The notes beneath the pieces are model-generated. The model was given only the letters and a program-made list of their open reading frames with translations. It was not told where the DNA came from and ran no database searches. The translations under genes and the position numbers were made by a program. Below are positions 16,006 through 21,741 of a stretch of DNA of 21,741 nt, one piece after another; positions within the stretch are counted from its first letter, which is position 1, and each line of letters starts with the position of its first letter. The DNA lies in the NCBI GenBank assembly GCA_046583315.1, contig JAYGCN010000189.1, forward strand, positions 1-21,741. The letters run 5' to 3'. The stretch is from Candidatus Hydrogenedentota bacterium (GTDB lineage: Bacteria > Hydrogenedentota > Hydrogenedentia > Hydrogenedentales > GCA-2746185).

Positions 16006-16920
16006 ATGCGTGTACTTATGACTTGTTTGTTGGCCTGTATGCTGGCGGGGGGATTGGCATCGGCGAATGATGACGATATTTTTGATGAGGTGGAACATCA
16101 TTACACGGATAATGATGGCGTCAAGATTCATTACGTGACAGCGGGGGAAGGCCCGGTGGTATTGTTTGTTCACGGATTCCCGGATTTCTGGTATAGCTGG
16201 CGTCATCAGATGGCGGGTTTGCAGGAGGATTTTAAGGTAGTGGCGATGGATACTCGCGCGTACAATAAGAGTGATAAACCGGAAGGCGTGGAGAATTACA
16301 AACTTGAGTTGTTGCTTTCGGATGTAGATGCGGTGATTAGCGCACTTGGTCAGGATAACGTGACGCTGGTCGGTCATGATTGGGGTGGCGCGATTGCGTG
16401 GCGTTTTGCGATGTATTACCCGGAGCGGGTTAACAAATTGGTTATCTGCAACCTGACCCATCCGAATGGCTACATGAACGTGCGTAACAACGCTACGCCG
16501 GAACAGAAAGCCAACACGCAGTATATTGAAAATTTCCAGAAGCCTGACGCGCACAAGATGTTCACACCGAAAATGGTCGCGAATATGGTTGCGGGCAAGG
16601 CTTCGCCTGAGGTGAAGCAACGCTACGAGACGGCCTTTGAAAATACGAGCTTTGATGGCGCGCTCAACTACTACCGCGCTGTGTGGCCGAGATTGAGTGG
16701 CGAAGAACCGGAAGAGATTCCGGATCTGAATATTCCCGTGTTGCAGTTCCACGGCCTCAAGGATACGGCGGTGGACAAGGATGGACTGCGGGATACGTGG
16801 AACTGGATTACCGAAGATTACACTTTGGTATCCATTCCGTCTTCAGGCCACTGGGTGCAGGAAGAAGCGCATGAGATGGTCACGACAACGATGAAATGGT
16901 GGTTGTTGAGTCGGCAGTAG
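16006..16920 (+). CDS. Alpha/beta hydrolase, epoxide hydrolase-like (Asp nucleophile), with signal peptide
   Basis: HGFPD oxyanion motif, GHDWGG nucleophile elbow, LNYYRA, HGLKD and GHWVQEE; AGGAGG RBS; N-terminus MRVLMTCLLACMLAGGLASA. Confidence 0.9.
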   Translation: MRVLMTCLLACMLAGGLASANDDDIFDEVEHHYTDNDGVKIHYVTAGEGPVVLFVHGFPDFWYSWRHQMAGLQEDFKVVAMDTRAYNKSDKPEGVENYKLELLLSDVDAVISALGQDNVTLVGHDWGGAIAWRFAMYYPERVNKLVICNLTHPNGYMNVRNNATPEQKANTQYIENFQKPDAHKMFTPKMVANMVAGKASPEVKQRYETAFENTSFDGALNYYRAVWPRLSGEEPEEIPDLNIPVLQFHGLKDTAVDKDGLRDTWNWITEDYTLVSIPSSGHWVQEEAHEMVTTTMKWWLLSRQ

Positions 16921-16943
16921 ACTACAAGCAGTTGATTAATGCT

Positions 16944-16984
16944 AAACACCCGTCTGCAACTTCAGCAGGCGGGTGTTTTTGTTT
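16944..16984. terminator. Intrinsic terminator between convergent genes (possibly bidirectional)
   Basis: AAACACCCGTCTGC-AACTTCA-GCAGGCGGGTGTTT stem; TTTTTGTTT tail on + and a short TTT tail on -. Confidence 0.85.
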
Positions 16985-16986
16985 GA

Positions 16987-17760
16987 TTAGGGGTGTTGGC
17001 CTTTAAAGATGTCGAGCAATCCGTGGGCGGGATGATCACCTACGACAGCGGCTAAGTACTCTCCGACAATGCGGGTGGCCTGCACGTCACTGTTTGGGCC
17101 TGTTGCATATCCCAGCGCGTGAGCCGCATCGGAATCACGTTTCGCGAGTACAATCTTTACAGGTCGCGAACAGCAACCGGCGTAGATCTCAACAAAGGCA
17201 CCATTTTCTTTTGTCGCGGCGCCCACGAGGTGAATGCCGCTGTGAATTTTGGCGATGGGAAGCGAGTCTTCAATGCGGAGATCCAAATTGACATTATTCT
17301 TGTGCATGAAGTCCTGAATGACTAAGCGGTCGGCTTCCACTTCTGATTGTTCGGCCAGTTCTTCTATGGTCTGAGCAGCGAGTATGGTCGGAGCGGATGT
17401 CAATCCGGGCGTTACGTTGCTTGGCGTAATGGAGGAAATCGCAAAGGCCAACATTGCCGCCGCAGCCAAAGTGAGCAAGGCAACGCGCCAGGGTTTACGA
17501 TTGACTGAAAGCATTTCGACAGCATCCGTGTCGTCACTTGCTTGAGCAAGCATGGAACGCTTCACGTTTTCCCAGACTTCCTCCGGGCAACCGCCATCTT
17601 CTGAAAGGCGATCCATGATGCCCCGTTCGAGCTGAACATCGGCGGTCAGTAATTCACGCTCGTCTGGCGGCAGCGAATTTTCGAAGTTGGCCATCTCGGT
17701 GGCGGACAGTTCGCCGTCCATGTAGGCTTGCCATTGTTGTTCTTTTTCGTGCGTGCTCAT
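16987..17760 (-). CDS. Putative membrane-anchored anti-sigma factor
   Basis: N-terminal AYMDGELS motif typical of anti-sigma domains, central TM helix WRVALLTLAAAAMLAFAIS, and a start 3 nt after the ECF sigma stop. Confidence 0.78.
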   Translation of the reverse strand: MSTHEKEQQWQAYMDGELSATEMANFENSLPPDERELLTADVQLERGIMDRLSEDGGCPEEVWENVKRSMLAQASDDTDAVEMLSVNRKPWRVALLTLAAAAMLAFAISSITPSNVTPGLTSAPTILAAQTIEELAEQSEVEADRLVIQDFMHKNNVNLDLRIEDSLPIAKIHSGIHLVGAATKENGAFVEIYAGCCSRPVKIVLAKRDSDAAHALGYATGPNSDVQATRIVGEYLAAVVGDHPAHGLLDIFKGQHP

Positions 17761-17763
17761 TCT

Positions 17764-18354
17764 TCAGGCACTCCCTTCGCTTCCGGCTTTCGGTGTTGCT
17801 GCATGTGCTTTCGGAAACCGGCGTATAACTCCGGTTTCCTTTGCATACTCGGTCAATTCCAGGCGCAGTTTTTTGCGACCCCGCGCCAAATGCGTCATGA
17901 CCGTTCCTGCCGGGATTTTCATGATCTCGGCGATCTCCTGGTAGGAGAATTTCTCGACGCCGCGCAACAAGATGCAGGCGCGTTGCGCGGTGGACAATCC
18001 TTTGAAGGCGCGATAAACTTCATCGCCGCATTGGTCTAACAGTGCCGCCGGATCTCGGATGAGGTCGCCGTAGTCCGCTGTTTCCTTGGCAGTGGCCTCG
18101 CGCGCGGCGGGATGGTCAAGGCTGTCGAAGGCACGTCCTGTTTCACGGTTCGCGACGTAACATTTATTGAGTAAGATACGATACATCCATGCACGAAAAT
18201 TGGTACCGGGTGTGTATTTCGCACGATTCTCGTAGGCCGCGAGCACGCCTTGGGAAAAGACATCTTCGGCGACGCCGGTGTCCCAAACGTTGCGTTTGAT
18301 GAAACGGAAAAACTCGTCCCGGTGTTGTTCGATTTTGACTATGAATTCGTCCAT
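17764..18354 (-). CDS. ECF RNA polymerase sigma factor (downstream copy)
   Basis: Region 2 AEDVFSQ...YTPGTNFRAWMYRILLN; region 4.2 FSYQEIAEIMKIPAGTVMTHLARGRKKL. Confidence 0.93.
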   Translation of the reverse strand: MDEFIVKIEQHRDEFFRFIKRNVWDTGVAEDVFSQGVLAAYENRAKYTPGTNFRAWMYRILLNKCYVANRETGRAFDSLDHPAAREATAKETADYGDLIRDPAALLDQCGDEVYRAFKGLSTAQRACILLRGVEKFSYQEIAEIMKIPAGTVMTHLARGRKKLRLELTEYAKETGVIRRFPKAHAATPKAGSEGSA

Positions 18355-18382
18355 CGTCGTTTCCGTGTTGTCCGCTGAAATC

Positions 18383-18391
18383 AGTATAACA
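18383..18391 (-). promoter_or_regulatory. Possible extended -10 promoter between the two sigma genes
   Basis: Minus strand reads TGTTATACT (TG-n-TATACT), 28 nt upstream of the ATG at 18354; no clear -35. Confidence 0.4.
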
Positions 18392-18397
18392 AAAGGG

Positions 18398-18979
18398 TTA
18401 TCCGAATGCTGGCTCGTGCCCGTTTTTGGTCAATGCCGATCGCAGTAATCCTCGACCGCGATGCAATCGGGACATTACAGTACCCAGAGGGCACTCCAAC
18501 GCCTCGGCAATTTCCTTGTAGGACATGTCGTGGAGGTCGGCCATAATGACCGTGCTACGGTTGGTATCGGGCAGGGAGTCGACCGCCGTGCGCACGTCAT
18601 CGGTCAAATATTCCAGAATGTCCTGTGTTTTTAAGTCGTTGGGGTAATATTTCATCTCGGAATCGCCATGCTTGGTCGGCGTTGCAATGGATTCGTCGCC
18701 GGTCCATTCGACCGTGACGGGTCTGCGTCCGCGACGGCGATAGTCATTAATGAAGGTGTTACGTACGATGGTGAGTAACCAGGCGCGCAAGTAGGTGCCG
18801 GGCTCGAATTTGTGGTGGAATCGTAGGGCGCGCACGATGGCATCTTGTTGTAAGTCTCTGGCATCGAAAGGGTTACGGGTCAGGCGTAACGCCGCGTTGT
18901 ACATTGCATCCATATGGGAAATGAGCTGCTGCTCAAATTCGTCTGATCGGGTCTCTTTTTCGCATACCTGGACTGTCAT
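18398..18979 (-). CDS. ECF RNA polymerase sigma factor (upstream copy, SigH/SigR-like motifs)
   Basis: ALRLTRNPFDARDLQQD...FEPGTYLRAWLLTIVRNTFINDYRRR; region 4.2 MSYKEIAEALECPLGTVMSRLHRGR; AGGAG RBS. Confidence 0.95.
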   Translation of the reverse strand: MTVQVCEKETRSDEFEQQLISHMDAMYNAALRLTRNPFDARDLQQDAIVRALRFHHKFEPGTYLRAWLLTIVRNTFINDYRRRGRRPVTVEWTGDESIATPTKHGDSEMKYYPNDLKTQDILEYLTDDVRTAVDSLPDTNRSTVIMADLHDMSYKEIAEALECPLGTVMSRLHRGRGLLRSALTKNGHEPAFG

Positions 18980-19044
18980 GATGTCGATCTCCTGCGTGCT
19001 CGGCTGTTTCTGCCCAGTGTATTCGGGAGCATCGTGGAATGATG

Positions 19045-19896
19045 TCAGAGAAGTGTTTCGAGGATGATTTTCAGTGTTTCGAGGGGTTTTTCTTGAGGAA
19101 TAAAGTGGGTCGCGTCAGGGATTTCAATGAATTTTGAAGCGGAGAGGCCGGGGCGCTGGAGTTCTATGATTTGGCGGACATTTGAGTTGGTTGCGGTGAC
19201 ATGGGCTGATCGCTCGAAGTTTAGCTCGTCAAGTTTGGCGAAGATTCCTGTCACGCCACCGTGATCGTAGGTCGCTCCTTCGGCGTGGGGTGGGCAGGCG
19301 AGTTCGAATGTGCCGTCGTCTTTTTCGAGGAGTCCGTGCTGCACGTAGGCGTCCAGCGTTTCCGGCGTCCAGCTAGCCATTGGTGGTTTGCTGGCGAAGC
19401 GTTCACGGGCTTCCTCACGTGAAGCAAAGTGATTCTTGCGTTTGCGGGAGAGTATGCCCAGCGGGTTCGGCACTTGAAACATTTCGCTCGGACCGATGAT
19501 TGGATCGATCAGCACCGCGCGCTGAAAGGTGCTTGGGTAATGGGCTTGGCACGTCGCTATCTGCGCGGCACCTGCGGAGTGACCGACGGCATGGATTGTC
19601 GGTCCGAGATCCAACTGGGCGATAACATTATGCAAGTCTTCGCCCGCGAATTGCCAGCTATACTGCTCGTCGTCCACTGGTTTCCCGGAAAGTCCATGTC
19701 CCCGGGTATCGGGCGCGATCACGCGAAAGTGTTTGAGTAATTCGGGTACCAGTGGGTCCCAGATGCGCGCGTGCGTCCCGGTGCAGTGACATAGTATGAG
19801 GTCCGGGCCGTCGCCTCCGTGATCCCGCACGTTGATCGCGACACCACCGTCACCTTTTACGGTAATCTGTTTTGGAGAAAGTAAGACTTCGGTCAC
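19045..19896 (-). CDS. Alpha/beta fold hydrolase (Ser nucleophile)
   Basis: DTRGHGLS, GHSAGA nucleophile elbow, LIDP, and C-terminal THFIPQE catalytic His; GTG start 6 nt after the trxB stop. Confidence 0.88.
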   Translation of the reverse strand: MTEVLLSPKQITVKGDGGVAINVRDHGGDGPDLILCHCTGTHARIWDPLVPELLKHFRVIAPDTRGHGLSGKPVDDEQYSWQFAGEDLHNVIAQLDLGPTIHAVGHSAGAAQIATCQAHYPSTFQRAVLIDPIIGPSEMFQVPNPLGILSRKRKNHFASREEARERFASKPPMASWTPETLDAYVQHGLLEKDDGTFELACPPHAEGATYDHGGVTGIFAKLDELNFERSAHVTATNSNVRQIIELQRPGLSASKFIEIPDATHFIPQEKPLETLKIILETLL

Positions 19897-19902
19897 GATA
19901 GA

Positions 19903-20868
19903 CTACTTCTCCGCTTCTTGCGCTTCGAGCCAGCGGGATACGTCGATCGCGGCCATGCATCCGCTTCCTGCTGCAGTGACGGCCTGACGGTAGATGGAGT
20001 CCTGCACATCGCCAGCGGCGAACACACCGTCGATGTTTGTATAGGTACTGTCCGCTTTGGTGACGAGGTACCCGGTATCATCCATGTCGATAATGCCTTC
20101 GAAAATATCCGTGTTCGGTTTGTGTCCGATGGCCGAAAAATACCCTGTACAGGGGATATCCGTCGTTTCGTCGGTCTTCACGTTCTTGATGCGGACCGCG
20201 GTTACGCCTGTCGCCTCGTCGCCGAGCACTTCATCGATGACGGAGAACCAGTGGATTTCGATTTTGTCGTTTTTGATGGCGCGGTCGGCCATTATTTTGC
20301 TTGCGCGCAGTTCGTCGCGACGATGGATGAGGTGCACGCAGCTTGAGAATTGCGTGAGGAACATGGATTCTTCGACGGCTGTGTCGCCACCACCGACGAC
20401 GACGAGGGGTTTATCACGAAAACGGGGTAACGCGCCGTCGCACGTCGCGCACGCCGAGACACCCAGGTTCATGTATTTTTCTTCGGATGGGATGCCCAAA
20501 TATTTTGCTGTGGCACCGGTGGCGATGATGATCGCGTCGGCTTGCCAGGTATCGTCACCGGAGAACACTGTAAACGGTTTTTTGGAGAAGTCGACTTTTG
20601 TGACGGTCCTGTAGAGGAAGCGTGTGCCGAAGCGTTCGCATTGTTTTTTGAAGTCGACCATCATTTCGGGCCCCGTAACGCCTTCGGGATAGCCGGGATA
20701 ATTTTCCACTTCGGTGGTCGTCATGAGTTGACCGCCTGGAAGGATGTCTTTGCTGATTTCACCTTCCAGCATGAGGGGAGCAAGATTGCCGCGGGCAGCG
20801 TATAGGGATGCTGTATAGCCGGCGGGTCCTGATCCGATGATGATGACTTTTTCGACTGCGTCTGACAT
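19903..20868 (-). CDS. trxB: Thioredoxin-disulfide reductase
   Basis: IIGSGPAGYTA, GGQL..TTEVENYPG, GVSACATCDG, VGGGDTAVEE, HRRD and GVFAAGDVQD...QAVTAAGSG. Confidence 0.97.
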   Translation of the reverse strand: MSDAVEKVIIIGSGPAGYTASLYAARGNLAPLMLEGEISKDILPGGQLMTTTEVENYPGYPEGVTGPEMMVDFKKQCERFGTRFLYRTVTKVDFSKKPFTVFSGDDTWQADAIIIATGATAKYLGIPSEEKYMNLGVSACATCDGALPRFRDKPLVVVGGGDTAVEESMFLTQFSSCVHLIHRRDELRASKIMADRAIKNDKIEIHWFSVIDEVLGDEATGVTAVRIKNVKTDETTDIPCTGYFSAIGHKPNTDIFEGIIDMDDTGYLVTKADSTYTNIDGVFAAGDVQDSIYRQAVTAAGSGCMAAIDVSRWLEAQEAEK

Positions 20869-20943
20869 ATTGATGGGCTCTCTTTCTTTGTCGTGGGAGT
20901 GTGTAGGGGTCGCGTACTTGGTTCAGAACAACGCGAAGGGGGA

Positions 20944-20973
20944 ATTATAATCCACGCGCATGGCGGGGAACAA
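20944..20973 (-). promoter_or_regulatory. Putative sigma70-type promoter for trxB
   Basis: Minus strand: TTGTTC (20973-20968), 18-nt spacer, perfect TATAAT (20949-20944). Confidence 0.55.
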
Positions 20974-20991
20974 TAGTGGGCCGAGTTTTCG

Positions 20992-21741
20992 TCAGGATTC
21001 CGCGATTTTCGTAGAGTCCCCCTTGGCCTGACCATAGATACCCTTGGACATGGTCGAAGTCTCTTCTTTGAGGCGGGCTCCATATACCTGCGCACGCACG
21101 GTGTGGGCCTCTTTTGAATCTGGATCGGCCGCCACAGCCCAGTCGACCCAATGGCAGGCCATGCGATGATTGCCCGCTGAAGACAGGGTGTTCGCACGAC
21201 CCAGGACGGCGCCGAGTCCGCCTGACAAGGTAACGATTTCGCGGGCTTGTTCATCGTGGGAGGCGGGTTTGAGTTCGCTTGGAATGCCGGAATACCAGCC
21301 GGCGAGACAGCGGTGTATGGTGCGCACGATGAATTCGGGTTCGTCGTAGATGGGTTGCAGGAAGGGGAGCTGGGTAAGGGACGAGGGTGCTTGAACCGCA
21401 TGTATGATTTCGTTGATGGGTGCGCCCTGGTTGATGAGCGACAGGGTGTCGGTGTAAATCGCTTCGAGGTATTCCGCTGTTTTCAGGAGCGCTGTTTGCA
21501 CACGATCTTCACCGTAGACAGGAAGGCCGTGTCCGGGAAGCAGCACGACTGGTTTTAGGGCAGCCATCTTGCGTAATGCCTGCGCCCACTCTTTGACATA
21601 CCGTTGCACCTTCTGCGGATTGCCGGCGTTGGGTGCCGCCCAGATAAAGAGATCGCCAGTGCACAACACGCGATCCTTCGGAATGTATACCCACGTGTGA
21701 TCGTCGGTCTCGCCTTTGGCGTGGTTTAGCTGAAACTCGAT
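20992..21741 (-). CDS. Alkyl sulfatase-like MBL-fold hydrolase (SdsA/BDS1 family), C-terminal part; partial at the right edge
   Basis: Frame is open from the window edge: IEFQLNHAKGETDDHTWVYIPKDRVLCTGD...PNAGNPQKVQRY...LLPGHG...LQPIYDEP...GWYSG.P..LKP (catalytic C-half plus dimerization domain). Confidence 0.88.
   Translation of the reverse strand: MEFQLNHAKGETDDHTWVYIPKDRVLCTGDLFIWAAPNAGNPQKVQRYVKEWAQALRKMAALKPVVLLPGHGLPVYGEDRVQTALLKTAEYLEAIYTDTLSLINQGAPINEIIHAVQAPSSLTQLPFLQPIYDEPEFIVRTIHRCLAGWYSGIPSELKPASHDEQAREIVTLSGGLGAVLGRANTLSSAGNHRMACHWVDWAVAADPDSKEAHTVRAQVYGARLKEETSTMSKGIYGQAKGDSTKIAES

Noticed and set aside
1..21741. UGA reassignment suggested by the tRNA-Trp stem; CRISPR array, prophage or dispersed REP repeats
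   Set aside because: No in-frame TGA in conserved genes and several genes end correctly in TGA; no spaced direct repeats or phage genes seen, and the intergenic hairpins are unrelated in sequence.

Overview
Bacterial chromosomal window, mostly about 55% GC by eye, with no mobile element or CRISPR array visible. Left (+ strand): the 3' end of tuf, then rpmG, tRNA-Trp(CCA), secE, nusG (with a long acidic, internally repeated N-terminal extension), rplK and rplA with an L1-binding leader. rplA is followed directly by metK instead of the usual rplJ-rplL-rpoBC. Next come a secreted hypothetical protein and uvrA. Centre (- strand): a DUF1080 protein and a tightly coupled putative peptidoglycan amino-sugar recycling operon (GH1-fold protein, NagK/MurK-type kinase fused to MurQ, SpoIID/LytB lytic transglycosylase, anmK, yraN), followed by a low-GC orphan gene. 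Right: a signal-peptide-bearing epoxide-hydrolase-like enzyme (+), and on the - strand a partial alkyl sulfatase, trxB, an alpha/beta hydrolase, two tandem ECF sigma factors and one membrane anti-sigma factor. The best candidate for new biology is the GH1-fold protein heading the recycling operon. It keeps the acid/base Glu but has lost the catalytic nucleophile (E->G) and the residues that normally support it. It may be a pseudoenzyme or an N-acetylhexosaminidase with a changed, substrate-assisted mechanism standing in for NagZ. All calls come from motif recognition by eye; no searches were run.
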